In this document: positions 22,426 through 34,119 of the stretch, piece after piece
Layout of the letters: the number at the start of each line of letters is the position of its first letter
Numbering within the stretch: position 1 is the first letter of the stretch
Origin: Octopus bimaculoides
Taxonomy: Eukaryota
NCBI RefSeq assembly: GCF_001194135.2
Contig: NC_068994.1
Span: forward strand, 42,473,739 to 42,508,829
DNA length: 35,091 nucleotides
Direction of reading: 5' to 3'
Made by a program: the position numbers and the translations under genes
Notes under the pieces: model-generated
Seen by the model: only the letters and a program-made list of their open reading frames with translations
Told to the model about the DNA's origin: nothing
The model's database searches: none

Positions 22426-23644
22426 GCGTCTTTATTTAAAGCCTATACTGCTGTATCGATGTTGGCAGTTGTGGTAATGCTGAATTCTGCCAATTGTAAT
22501 TCTGTTTCTTAGTGAAAGTAATTCTATCATTTTCCCCTCTTTTTTCAGAACGGTTTTGCTACATTCATTGATATTATTAGTGTTTTATATTGTATGGTCA
22601 TACATATAAGGTTATTTTGGACCTGATATGAAATTTTTCATGAGTTTATCATTTATTTTCTGTAGTGTCATTACCTTTATTTCATAATGCTGATGTACAA
22701 GAAGATAAGAATTAGGATGATGAAGAAGACTGTGAGAGCTCAATAAAATTTTGGTAATTAGTCTGTAAAAAGCAACATCTACAGTAATTTATTTCACATG
22801 TTTTTTAAATAATCATTTTATATTTATTTTTCCATGCATATTCAATTATCTGATTTTAGTTTGTATTTTCCCCCTGCAGCATATTACAAGTTACATACAT
22901 TTATATATAATGTTTGTGTATGTATGTGTGCCTGCGTGTGTGTGTGTGTGTCTGTTTGTGTTTGTGTGTGTGTGAGAAAGAGAGAGAGAGAAAAGAGAGA
23001 GTGGGAGAGTGAGAGAGAGTGCACATGCACCCTTTATAACAATAACCGTTTTGGATAAATAAAAGTGGTTTGAAAAGTTCATGGCATTCAGACATGTTTT
23101 ATTTATTTTTCTTTGAAACTTTTGACAAAACATTAATCACACACTTGTTACAACCTTTTTCTGGATCTGTTTCAAAACCACATGCTATTGCTGATTTCAC
23201 CAAAGAAATTGAAGAACTACAACAAAGAATATGATTTGTCCATCAGTTGTTAAGATCTTTACTGTTACATGTCTGTGTGCACTAACTGGAATTGATTGAA
23301 TCAGCTAATAGTATTTAAGTCATTTATTTGAGTACGAAGTTAATCTTAATTTATCTCAGAGCTAAACGAGTCGATATAATTCTAATATAACAGCTGAAAG
23401 CTCCAAAATGTAAGGCTATATTATTAATGTTTTGTAGAATCCACGATAAAGTTATTTAACAACATATGAACTTAACAACCTAATTGCATGTCAGTACCAT
23501 AGGTATCATATGGATGGTAGCCTCTTGTAGTCTGAGAAAGACAGTTCTGCAATTTCATGCTGAACAAACCTGCACAAATAATTTGTTTATAGTGGTCAAA
23601 TATACATGCTGTACATTACTCACTCTCTTTATCAATTCAACATT

Positions 23645-23816
23645 GGCTGAACATATGCATGGTGTACCACATGTCAGGTGCTGAAGCAATCATAGAGCAA
23701 CATGAGATGAAGTGTTTTGCTCAAGAACATCATGCACCACCTGGTCCAGAAAATGGAACCATGATCTTGTGATCATGAATGCAACATCCTAACCACCAGG
23801 TCATGTGCCCTTCACA
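23645..23816 (-). mobile_element. SINE family 3
   Basis: ATGAGATGAAGTGTTTTGCTCAAG on + is the reverse complement of the 21225-21243 motif; the head is at CTAACCACCAGG. Confidence 0.7.
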
Positions 23817-23945
23817 TAGGTCTCATTTAACCTGGAGAAAAAACACATCATCATTACATATGTTTCTGAGAACTACAACAAGAATATTGTTTTCCTAGTG
23901 GTGGCCCAGCAATCTAATATATTATTATATTATAAGATAATACTT

Positions 23946-24178
23946 TATGAGGTGATGCTGAAAAGTTCTTGGCTTTAAGGGTATCGTGAAAGGCTTGGTT
24001 GGTGGCCCAACCTTCCAAGTTTTTTTTACAGGGCTTAGAAAAACTGAAGAACTGCTGCAATAAGAGTGAAAATCTGAGCAGGGAATATGTTGAATAAAAT
24101 TGAATAAAATTATAATTGACTGATCCTTCTGTATTTTCTTTTACCCAAAGCCAGGAACTTTTTAGCACCCCTCATGTA
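23946..24178 (+). mobile_element. Mariner-derived MITE (internal-deletion derivative)
   Basis: TIRs ATGAGGTGATGCTGAAAAGTTCTTGGCTTT and AAAGCCAGGAACTTTTTAGCACCCCTCAT. The interior encodes a mariner C-terminus-like FFLQGLEKLKNCCNKSENLSREYVE*. Confidence 0.8.
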
Positions 24179-25199
24179 TTACTAAGTTCTGAAGCTTAAA
24201 CATTACATAAGATAAAACAGATACTCATCTATGTCCTATGAACATATGCCATGTAATATTTTAAATCAACAATTTTAGGTAGTATTATTCAATTTATAAA
24301 ACACTGTTAGAGAAAAATGGAGTTAGTAATTAGAATAGTCTTGAAAGTTTATTAAACCAATAATTGTCTAAATTTATCAAATAATTTGTCAAAAGAAAAA
24401 TATCTAATTAAAATGGTTAATCATATGAATGGGAAAACAATTAAAAAGAGAAAAGGAAAACATATTTTACAAGAATTCCAATTGTAATTATTATAAGAAC
24501 AGCTGATTTTCAGGAAGTCACTCACTAGCATATTCCAATCTCTAACCCATATATATGCTGTTTCTTCCTTCATCTACCTTCTCTACTGCTACTTATAGTG
24601 GCTTATAGTTTCTCAGAGCTGGCTGCCTCATACTATATTCACTCAGTGTCACCTGATTCGCACATCTCTTCTCTTCTCATCATCCATATTGTGTTTACAT
24701 TTCTATGGCCTAAACTAGTCACTATAATCTTCCTTCCATTGCAAATTGTCAACCTCTTGAATATCATCTCTGACAATATTTTTCTTGCAGCCACAAACTT
24801 GCAGCTGTTCATGAAGACATCAGAAATATCAATCACACCAATCCCAATGAGCCTGTGAAGGTCATCAACATAACATCTTCCTCAAAACCAAACAAATGCA
24901 TAAATAAATAAAAAATAAAATTCAAAAAAAAAACAGGTTATATTTTAAATGCTTCTCCTGGAGGTATATTTGTAAAATATCAAGAAAACTCATCTAACAT
25001 TTGCTTAGTGTTATAATCTTCCCTAATCAAGATATGGCAGCAGAGAAATCTTTATAAGAAGAGACTAAGCATCAAATAATGCTTTTAAAGCTTATTACAC
25101 TTGAAAATAGATATGAAATGATAGTGTTTTAATCTGCATATCTGTCAGCCATTTTAAATGAATAATTTGAAAATTTCACTCAAAAAGACTATGAAACAA

Positions 25200-25455
25200 A
25201 GTCATCATCATCATTTAACGTCTGTTGTCCATGCTGGCACGGGTTGGACAGTTTGACCAGGACTGGTAAGCTGAGAGGCTACACTAGACTCCAGTCTTAT
25301 TTGGCATGGCTTCTACAGCTGGATGCCATTCCTAACACCAACCACTTCAAGAGTGTAATGTGCCACCAGCATGGGTGCTTGTTGTGTGACACCAGTATCT
25401 GCCACGACTATGATTTCACTTGGCTTGATGGATCTTTTACTCAAGCACAGCATGA
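25200..25455 (-). mobile_element. RTE LINE 3' end
   Basis: Reverse-complement (GAT)n tail and UTR extending back to AAGCCAAGTGAAATC. Confidence 0.8.
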
Positions 25456-25955
25456 AAAAGTGCCACACCCTAACAGTTGAGGGAACCCGTGAAAGAGGTA
25501 GGCCCAGGAAGACCTGGGCTGAGGTGGTGAGGCAAGACCTTCGTACATTGGGCCTCACCGAGGCGATGACTACTGACCGAGACCTTTGGAAATGTGCTGT
25601 GCGTGAGAAGACCCGGCAAGCCAAGTAAGATCGTTGCCAGTGCCCCTGGACTGGCTTGTGCGGGNNNNNNNNNNNNNNNNNNNNNNNNNNNNNNNNNNNN
25701 NNNNNNNNNNNNNNNNNNNNNNNNNNNNNNNNNNNNNNNNAAAGACACGATTTCAAGCGTGGCCGTTTTCGTGCGGGTGACACGTAAAAGCACCCACTAC
25801 ACTCTCTGAGTGGTTGGCGTTAGGAAGGGCATCCAGCTGTAGAAACTCTGCCAAATTAGATTGGAGCCTGGTGTTGCCATCCGGTTTCACCAGTCCTCAG
25901 TCAAATCGTCCAACCCATGCTAGCATGGAAAGCGGACATTAAACGATGATGATGA
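25456..25955 (+). mobile_element. RTE LINE, 5'-truncated (ORF C-terminus plus 3' UTR, contains a gap)
   Basis: KKCHTLTVEGTRERGRPRKTWAEVVRQDLRTLGLTEAMTTDRDLWKCAVREKTRQAK*, then the UTR and a TAAACGATGATGATGAT tail. Confidence 0.9.
25665..25740. other. Assembly gap (76 N)
   Basis: A run of N inside the RTE 3' UTR subrepeat region. Confidence 0.99.
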
Positions 25956-25962
25956 TATATAT

Positions 25963-26119
25963 ATGCCAGGCTTCTTTCAGTTTCCATCTACCAAATCCAT
26001 TCACAAGACTTTGGTTGGCCTGAGACTATAGCAGAAGACACTTACCCAAGGTACCATGCAGTGGGACTGAATCCAAAACCATGTGGTTGAAAGCAAGCTT
26101 CTTACCACATAGCCACTCC
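25963..26119 (-). mobile_element. SINE family 2
   Basis: GGCTTCTTTCAGTTTCCATCTACCAAATCC...GCTTCTTACCACATAGCCAC on +. Confidence 0.85.
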
Positions 26120-26142
26120 ATATATATTTATATATATATATA

Positions 26143-26302
26143 TGACATTCTTCCTTTCAGTTTCCATCTGCCAAATTCGTTCATAATTCATTAGTCAGCC
26201 CAGAGATATAATAGTAAATCTTTGCCCAAAGTATTGCACAATGGGACTGAACCCAAAACCGCATGATTGCAAAGCTAGCTGCTTAACAACACAGCCATGA
26301 GT
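26143..26302 (-). mobile_element. SINE family 2, diverged tandem copy
   Basis: The same motif order as the preceding copy. Confidence 0.75.
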
Positions 26303-27949
26303 GCAACTATATGTTTTGTTTCTTTTTATCTTTTTTGTCATTTGTTCAATGTTTATTATAACAAGTTCTCAGAATTAAACATATGCTGCAATTAATACCT
26401 TACCACTACCTTTCAGTGTCTACATCATTCCCATTTTCAGCTCAACATTAAAAGCAATAAATGCAAAACACATTTCGTCTAGAGAAGATACTATACATAA
26501 TGTTCTGCTTAATTTGAAAATGCTTTATTCAAATTAAAACATTTCAAAACAATAAAGCAAAAAGAATGAATATAACATTCCTTTCAGGGCTTGAACCTCA
26601 GATATTTATATTTATATTTATGTATAAAAAAAAAACATTAGGGGGAAAATTGTTAATGAGATGAAACAATGTGACACATGAATGTTGTTAGTGAAGGTAT
26701 AACACTTTAAACACATGAAATTAGTGAACCTATAAACCCTTTGAAATTCTATTAATAATTTACAAAAACAATACTTTTAATAATGTGGTTGTCTTCTGGC
26801 ATAAAACAGCTTTTAAAAATAAACATACATTTGTTTCAGCATCTATACTTGCTAATGAGCTCGTATTGTTATCTGAAAAGTGTCTGTAACAAGCCAATTA
26901 TTGATCAAAACAGCCAGCTTCTAATATTGCTGGAACATTGGCTGTTGTTATTATTGTTGCTAGTGCTGTTTTAACCCTAAGTCAACCATGATTGAGCCAA
27001 CTTATGATCAAAGGCTTCCCCAGCCATGACCAACTTGAGTGTGTGTGTATGTTTGTGTTTAAATAACTATGACTATATTGTCTTATATGATATTTATTTT
27101 TTCATATTTGTGACAGCCAAGTAATTTTTTTTGTGGTGGAAAGGGAGGAATTCACTGTTATTTCTAGTATGTCTAATGACCATATAAAAGCTCCCCCCTT
27201 TTTTTTTTGGTTGGTGGGCTGAATGGTAGTGAGTCACAAATATGAGACTTACTTTGATGAGAAAGTATCTGATCTTGAAAGAACAAAATTCAGTTTTCAG
27301 TGTAATGGAGATTTTAGTCACACGTCTCTCTCTCTTATTTTTCTCTCTCCCTCCTCTCTCTGTCTCTATCTATAAATCTTTCCTCTCACTCTAAATAGGA
27401 CAAGCCTGAATTATTACATAGAAACATGTTCCTTTCCCCAATAGAGTAATTAAAGATTGATGCTCTGAGCTGCCTAATAATTTAAAGGTTTCTCTTGTCA
27501 CATAATGACATACTTTTAATAGCTAAGTTGTAAGCTCGGATTTCCTTGTAAGTCATTTCCGAAGAAGATTGGCAAATAAAAAGATGTTGGCCAATACGAT
27601 TGTGCGACTGACAAAGAAGATTATATTACAAGTTCCACAGCTTTCTTAGAAAGACATTTTGGTTGATGGCAAACAGGAAAATCAATTTGTATCCATGTAA
27701 TGGACATATTGTAGAAGCTGCATTAAGCATGCATCTTGTGTATTACAACTGCCAAGATGTTGCATATATTTCCTTAGAAATATTTTGATATTAATCCTTC
27801 AATTATGGATAATATAATATACAGCTGATATGGAATATAGGAATTAACTTTATCAGCCGTAATTTGTAGTAAACAAATGCTTCTAAAATGCTTACAATCC
27901 AAATTTATAATAATTCTTATCAATAAAGATGGCATATGCACATGTACAT

Positions 27950-27968
27950 ACATTTATATAATACATAC

Positions 27969-28026
<58 letters not shown>

Positions 28027-28325
28027 TATGTATATATATATATATATACATATATTATATATACATATATTATATATACATATGTATATATATATATATA
28101 TATACATATATTATATATACATATGTATATATATGTATATACATTTATATATATATATATATACATATATTATATATACATATGTATATACATTTATATA
28201 TATATATATATGCACACACACACATGTACATACATACATTTATATATACCTACATACATACATACACATATATATATATATATATATATATCTATATATA
28301 TATATATTGCATGTATGTATATAAA
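27950..28325. repeat. Long (TA)n/(CA)n compound microsatellite
   Basis: Direct reading. Confidence 0.95.
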
Positions 28326-28779
28326 TACATATTGGAAAAGAAATAAAGGATTTATACATGTGAGCAATTAACAAATATATTTATTGAAACCTGAAGAGGA
28401 TTTGTTTGCATCTAAGCTACTAACAAATATAGTCATGTAATTCTTTTAGAAATTATATGACATGTTTTCATCTTTAAACATTACATAAAGGAAATTTGTT
28501 TGTTTCTTTTATATATATATATATATATCGTTTACTGCTAAGATTTTCACATTACTAACTATTCAACCAAAGGCAGAATATCTAGTTAATCTGTTTTGGG
28601 AATCACAAGGATTTTATATGGTTTGTACATATCTATAGTTTCGTCAACACTAAATAGATGAGAGATATATCTTCTCGTTGGAGAGGTTGTTAGTCTATCA
28701 CATGTAGATTTTTCCCTACAGGAAGAAGTGAACGAGACATTACAAGCTTGTTGATTTGGCAGCACAGCCATTGAGTGGT

Positions 28780-29120
28780 GCATAATCATCATCATCATCA
28801 TTATCATCTTCCTCAACATCATCATTATCGTCATCATAATTGTCTCCATCATTGTCATTGTCATAGTTGTTATCATTATCATCATCATCATCATCACCAC
28901 CAGTGATTTAATGTGCACCTTCCCATGCTTGTATAGGTCAGAGGAAATTAGTTGAGGTGGATTTTCTTCATCATGGTGCTTCCTTTCTTGCTATTAACCA
29001 TCATCTCATTTGCAGTAATTTAATATTTCTCCTAGGTCAGATGCGTTTCCATGAAGATTGAAAACGAAAGAAAGCATTGGTATGAGAATGATGCCCGTTT
29101 ACTACAATCACATGATGTCA
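28780..29120 (-). mobile_element. SINE-like element with RTE-type tail plus (ATC)n tract
   Basis: An (ATC)n tract followed by a sequence homologous to 30265-30480. Confidence 0.5.
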
Positions 29121-30264
29121 AGACAAGCAGAGAGTAGCCCACACACACATACACATATATGTACACATACTTATATATATGCAAGTACGAGTGTGTATGA
29201 GTATATGCTGCAGCATGACCACAGCCTTCAGGCTGAAACATAAAAGAAATAAATGAAAAATATATATGTATGTATATATAAGTATGCACTTTTTATTCTC
29301 TTATTCTTTTATGCATTTCAGCTCAGAGGCTGTGGCCATGCAGGGCCACTACCAATATCCTCATCTTTTCAATGGTCAATTGGCTATTGGTGAGGGAGTT
29401 TGACATTGCCTTCTTCTTTTGTGTTTATTGCTATGATGTAGGTTCAGCTGAAACCTTGGACAGCAAGAGGTCAAATTGTTTCTTGCAAACATCTACCCCT
29501 ATTCCATGTTTTGGAATACACCAGATGTTTTGGCAAGGTGTATTATATATATACATATATGTGTATATCTGTGTGTTTCTTTATGGTTCAGTTCTGATAG
29601 CATATAAGCTACCACCTTTTTGTTGGGGTGGGAGACTGGTTGCTCATTATTCTACATAATTAATCATCTTCCTTCTGAAACAAACATATTTTCAAACATA
29701 TCAATTCTTAATTTTCTGTTATTTTTAATCAAAACACCAAAGTAAACTTAATATATTATTATTAGTTTTTTTTTAAAAATTACAACAACACTAATATCTA
29801 TACTCTGGAAGTTTCAAGATTCTATCACTTAGAAATTATTACAGAAAATATTAAATTTCTCATGTTAAGATGTTGTATGCATATATTCATTTGATGGTTT
29901 TTTAAAAAATTTTTGTTGAAGTTTTTATTATTATTCTCATCTTCCAGATGAAATATAGATGGCTATGTCAAATATTGATTTCTTACATAAGCGCATTGTT
30001 TCAGATTTATAGGAGAAGGGAGAACCAAACAATATGAAAAATCAAATTGCTCAAATTCTCACGATGACCCAGTCTTAAGCAACAAGGTCAATATTGAATA
30101 TAAAAGGATTTTAATATCCTCTGTCTTCAATAATCCCCTTAGATATCCATAATTCTGTTGCAAAATTGACAAACCCTTTTTCTTAATATTGCTGGTAAAT
30201 AGAAATGTAGAATGTGAATGATTTATATTTAGAAAACGAATGGCAGATTCTCAGAATGGCATCA

Positions 30265-30480
30265 TCATCTACATCATCACTTTACTGTTAATTTCTCTAT
30301 AGTCACATGGGTCAGATGAAATTTGTTGAAGCAGGGTTTCTGTAGCAGGATGCCCTTCCTGTCAACAACCCTCACCTGTCTCCAAGCAAGGTAATATTTC
30401 CCCAAGGCTTGACATGTCTCAGAAGATTGGAAATAAAGGACACTAACTGAATGACAGTGATACTCATAACTATCATGTGA
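30265..30480 (-). mobile_element. SINE-like element sharing the RTE 3' tail
   Basis: GGATGCCCTTCCTG is the reverse complement of the RTE motif GGAAGGGCATCC; (GAT)n tail; the body is not RTE UTR. Confidence 0.6.
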
Positions 30481-30487
30481 TATCCTT

Positions 30488-30700
30488 TTCTATTCTAGGC
30501 ACAAGGGCTGAAAATTTGGAGGAGGGGGGGGCTAGTCGATTAGATTGGCCCCAGTATGCAACTGGTACTTAATTTATCAATCCCGAAAGTATGAAAGGCA
30601 AAGTCGACTTCGGCAGAATTTGAACTCAGAACGTAAAGACAGATGAAATACCACTTAGCATTTCGCCCAAGCTAATGTTTCTGCCAGCTCGCTGCCTTAA
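30488..30700 (-). mobile_element. SINE family 1
   Basis: ATGAAAGGCAAAGTCGAC, GAATTTGAACTCAGAACG and TTCTGCCAGCTCGCTGCCTTAA on +. Confidence 0.85.
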
Positions 30701-30812
30701 CTATCATGTAATATCAAAACAAGCTAACACTAAAACAAACATGCACGCACAGGCATTTATATGCATACACACACAACACACACATGTATGTACACACACA
30801 AAAACATATATA

Positions 30813-30862
<50 letters not shown>

Positions 30863-30864
<2 letters not shown>

Positions 30865-31000
30865 TCTTCTTTCAGTTTCCATCACCCAAATCCACTAACA
30901 AGACTTTGGTTGGCACAGGATTATGATAAAAAGAAACTATTAAGGCCCCCTAATGGGAATGAACCTGAAACCATGTGGTTGGGAACCATATTTCTCAGTG
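30863..31000 (-). mobile_element. SINE family 2, diverged
   Basis: TTCTTTCAGTTTCCATC...CAAGACTTTGGTTGGC...AACCATGTGGTTGGG. Confidence 0.7.
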
Positions 31001-31346
31001 TACAAGTAGGCCTGCACTTTCTTAGCACAGACCAACAATGTTTGTGGCCATGTTTATATAATATATGAACAAGACTAACAATTTTCTAAGAGGGTACAGA
31101 AAAATAAACCACTCTCTCTACTTGATTGGGACTAATATTATAAATCCAAGAATTATAAAAAGCAAAGTTATCCCCTAACAAGATTTGATCTCACACTATA
31201 AAAGGGAGATAATTAAACGATGAAAGGGGATTGTTGTCTTTCACTCTAGTAAATCTACTAATTCATCAGCTTTAAAGAGTGTCGTAAAATTAACAATGTT
31301 CAAATTATACAGTAGAAGTGAATTTGTCATGAAGGAGTAGAAAATC

Positions 31347-31374
31347 GACAGTTTCAGACAGAGTTCTTCTTCAG
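31347..31374 (-). ncRNA. Hammerhead ribozyme core remnant (stem I not formed)
   Basis: The minus strand reads CTGAAGA AGA-ACTCTG-TCT GAAA C-T-G TC: core, 3-bp stem II, minimal stem III and GUC triplet. The flanks do not pair. Confidence 0.35.
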
Positions 31375-31705
31375 TAAGAAGTCAACAATGGAAAGTTAAA
31401 AAAAGATAGCAGGGATTTTATATCCTCTAAGTTAGAAAAACTCTGTGTGTGTGTGTGTGTGTATAGTGTAATTTTTTAATATTTAAATGTTTTTTTTATG
31501 TCTTGCATGCTATTTCTTTTTTATATTTGTAAATATATATTTCACAGACCGTGTCATATGCTTTCATTTGTAACCCCTAGTAAAAGTTTCATATGCTTTG
31601 CATCTTCTTAAGGCTTTGAGACTAAAAAAGAAAGGAGCATTGTCATCATCATCATCCTCATATTCATCATCATTTTTATCATCAACATCATCCTCATTGT
31701 TATTA

Positions 31706-32359
31706 TTATGGGGAAATATATGGCATGGTAAAGGCCGTAAGAACTTCTTTATTATCTTCCCTAGACCATTTTTCATTCTTTTTCTTTTGGTTGTTTGGTG
31801 ATGAGCATGGATGGCCATCTGTTGGAATATTCCGGTTGTGGGGTACTTCCAGCTCCTGTGTGTCGGGAAGATTTGAACCAGTAGCAGATTTCTCGCCTCG
31901 AATCTGGTTCATCATTCGAGTACGTGGTCCTTTATAACACGGTCGATGACCATTCCGGTTTGTATTTTGTTTTGTTAACAGTGAGGCATAACAAGCTTCG
32001 ACGTTGACGCTAGGGGACGGATCTGTCTGTTTAGGGTTAATCTTTTGAGACAATACCGTCTCCGAGCTCTCGTGACGTAGCTTCTTAAGACTAACAGATC
32101 TATCTCGAGTACGTCGCCCTTTGTGATTTGGTCGACGACCAATCTGGTTTGCAATCTGCTTTGTTATCATTGAGGCATGACGAGCTTTGGCGTTGACATT
32201 AGGGGACGGATTTGTCTGTTTAGGGCCAATTTTTTGAGACAACACCGTCACCGAGTTCTCAGCATGTAAACATTGCTCGTAGCGCAGTTTCTTAAGGCTA
32301 GCAGATAGGTATTCGTCTGTATTTTTTTTTTTTTTGTTGATAGACTTATCTCCGGACAT
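31706..32359 (-). CDS. N-terminal ORF fragment of a probable Dong/R4-like LINE with an internal ~60-aa tandem duplication
   Basis: A 217-aa ATG-initiated ORF. SxSLKKLRxE...VLSQKIxPKQTxPSPxVN...GxRPxxKGxRTR occurs twice. It ends in KWSREDNKEVLTAF, which resembles the conserved N-terminal KW(S/T)xE motif of R4/Dong ORFs (recognised from memory). Confidence 0.6.
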   Translation of the reverse strand: MSGDKSINKKKKNTDEYLSASLKKLRYEQCLHAENSVTVLSQKIGPKQTNPSPNVNAKARHASMITKQIANQIGRRPNHKGRRTRDRSVSLKKLRHESSETVLSQKINPKQTDPSPSVNVEACYASLLTKQNTNRNGHRPCYKGPRTRMMNQIRGEKSATGSNLPDTQELEVPHNRNIPTDGHPCSSPNNQKKKNEKWSREDNKEVLTAFTMPYISP

Positions 32360-32905
32360 AGTTTATTTTATTTTTTTTCGTGGCGTTTTAAACTTATGAA
32401 TGGTTCACTCTGTCTCTGTTTGTTCACAAAATGAAAATTATAAAGAAGAAAAAAAGTTTTGTTTTGGCTTCGTTTGTGATATGTTTTCGTATGCGTGAGT
32501 GTGTCCTGTGAATATCACGTAGTTGTGTAAACATTAAGATGTATGTGTAGTTCTATGGGTATCAAAACGTATATATCATTGTGTAGACGTTCGAGTGTAT
32601 GCGTAATTATTCAACATATGTACTTACTATTTTGTTCCATTTCTTTTGTATAGTTTGTAAACTTTCCGGTGTTGGTTTTGCGTGTGTGAACGCACGTGTT
32701 TCACTGAGACATCGTGCATAGGAGAACCTGTGCTTTGTATGGCAGTAAAATTTCATTTTTTAAAAATTATCTTCGTTAAAAGACCGCTTCCTTCAAATCT
32801 TCCACCGGTTCTTTTGCCTAATTCCATCGATGTTATTGGATTAGATTTGTTTTTGTATAGGGAGCCCGGTGTAGCACGTCCATGTTGTTATTCAGCCCGG
32901 TGCTA
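31706..32905 (-). mobile_element. Dong/R4-like LINE 5' portion (5' UTR plus ORF start), 3' part missing
   Basis: A CpG-rich ~550-nt leader upstream of the ORF begins right after (AAT)n(AAG)n at 32905-32947. Confidence 0.55.
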
Positions 32906-32947
32906 TTCTTCTTCTTCTTATTATTATTATTATTATTATTATTATTG

Positions 32948-33085
32948 AGTCAGCAAGCTGGCAGAATTGTTAGCATACTGGACAAAATGCTTAACGGTAT
33001 TTCGTCTGTCCTTACGTTCTGAATTCAAATTCTGCTGAAATAAGTACTAGCTATGCACTGATGTTAATGTAATCAATTTATCCCG
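32948..33085 (+). mobile_element. SINE family 1, internally deleted
   Basis: AGCAAGCTGGCAGAA head, CAAAATGCTTAACGGTATTTCG and AATTCAAATTC. Confidence 0.7.
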
Positions 33086-33119
33086 TCATATTATTATTAT
33101 TATTATTACTCAGCAGTAT

Positions 33120-33290
33120 TATCACGTGCTTTCACTGCACTACGAGCACAGCTCAGTGTGCTTTGAATATGTGTTGTGGTTTGTTGTGATGCTCTTATTT
33201 TAACTGTGTTGAAAGTGTTTTATAAAAGATATGTGAAATACATAGCAGTACTATTTTTCGTATGTTATATATATACTTGTTAATCCTATG
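33120..33290 (-). mobile_element. Dong/R4-like LINE 3' end
   Basis: Aligns with 8712-8885 (GTGCTTTCACTGCACTAC...GAAAGTGTTTTAT); (AAT)n tail at 33088-33110. Confidence 0.75.
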
Positions 33291-33642
33291 GAAAGCAGAC
33301 GTTAAACGAACATACCTAATTCACCTACTATAATAGGAATTGTTTCTGTTTTTAGTCTCCACATTTGAATTACCTCTATTTCTAGGTCTTTCTATTTTGA
33401 AAGCTTCTCCATTTCTGTTAGAGAAACATTGTCATCTGTTGGTATTAATACAACAATTAGAAAATATTTTTTTTCTTGGTGATCTCTGGCAACTATATCT
33501 GGCCTTAATTTCTCTATCTGTGTGTATTGGCATATCTCAGACTATAGTTGCTTTCTCATTTTCTGTAACCTTTTCTGGTGTTTGCCTATACCATCTTTTT
33601 CTGTTGTTATTCCATTATCCTTGTTGTTGTTGTTGCTATTAT

Positions 33643-33860
33643 TAAGGCGGTGAGCTGGCAGAATAGTTAGCACACCTGGTGAAATGCTTAGTGGTATTTC
33701 ATTTGCTGCTATGTTCCGAGTTCAAATTCTGCTGAGATCGACTTTGCATTTCATCCTTTCAGGGATCGATAAATTAAGTACCAGCGAAACACTGGGGTTA
33801 ATGTAATCAACTAGTCCCCTCCCCACCAAATTCCAGACCTTATACCTATAGTAGAAAACA
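33643..33860 (+). mobile_element. SINE family 1
   Basis: TAAGGCGGTGAGCTGGCAGAA head, GAGTTCAAATTC and TTTCATCCTTTCAGGGATCGATAAATTAAGTACCAG. Confidence 0.9.
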
Positions 33861-33929
33861 TTATTATTATTGTTGTTGTCGTCGTCATTGTTGTTATTAT
33901 TATTACTATTATTATTATAATTATTGTTA

Positions 33930-34100
33930 GGGCTGCAAGCTGACAGAATCATTAGCTTGGTACTATTTCATCCATCTTCGTGTTCAGAGCTCAAATTTTG
34001 CCAAGGACAACTTTGCTTTCATCCGCTTGGGATCGATTAAATAAGTATCAGTTGCTTACTGAGGTGAATCTAATCGATTTGCCCCCTCTCCTGGCCGAAT
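33930..34100 (+). mobile_element. SINE family 1
   Basis: CAAGCTGACAGAATC head and CTTTGCTTTCATCC...GATCGATTAAATAAGTATCAG. Confidence 0.75.
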
Positions 34101-34119
34101 TTTAAATGCATTATTAATA

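Noticed and set aside
24044-24078. Plus CTGAAGA ACT...AGT GAAA
   Set aside because: There is no valid stem III or NUH site, and it lies in mariner coding remnant.
25875-25902. Minus CTGAGGA CTGGT GAAAC (and CTGATGA CTGGT GAAC at 21512)
   Set aside because: No stem II can form, and the motif is not conserved in the other RTE UTR copies.
27500-27920. GPCR-like fragments on the minus strand (YIPYQLYIIL; LNAAS...N..FLRKL)
   Set aside because: They need several stops and frame changes, lack the NPxxY motif, and AT-rich DNA yields hydrophobic peptides by default.
28385-28400. GAAAC CTGAAGAGG
   Set aside because: The motifs are adjacent, with no room for stems in any hammerhead permutation.
31225-31270. 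Minus CTGATGA-hairpin-GAAA
   Set aside because: Stem II is plausible, but stem III and stem I cannot be paired; it is kept only as context for the 31347 core.
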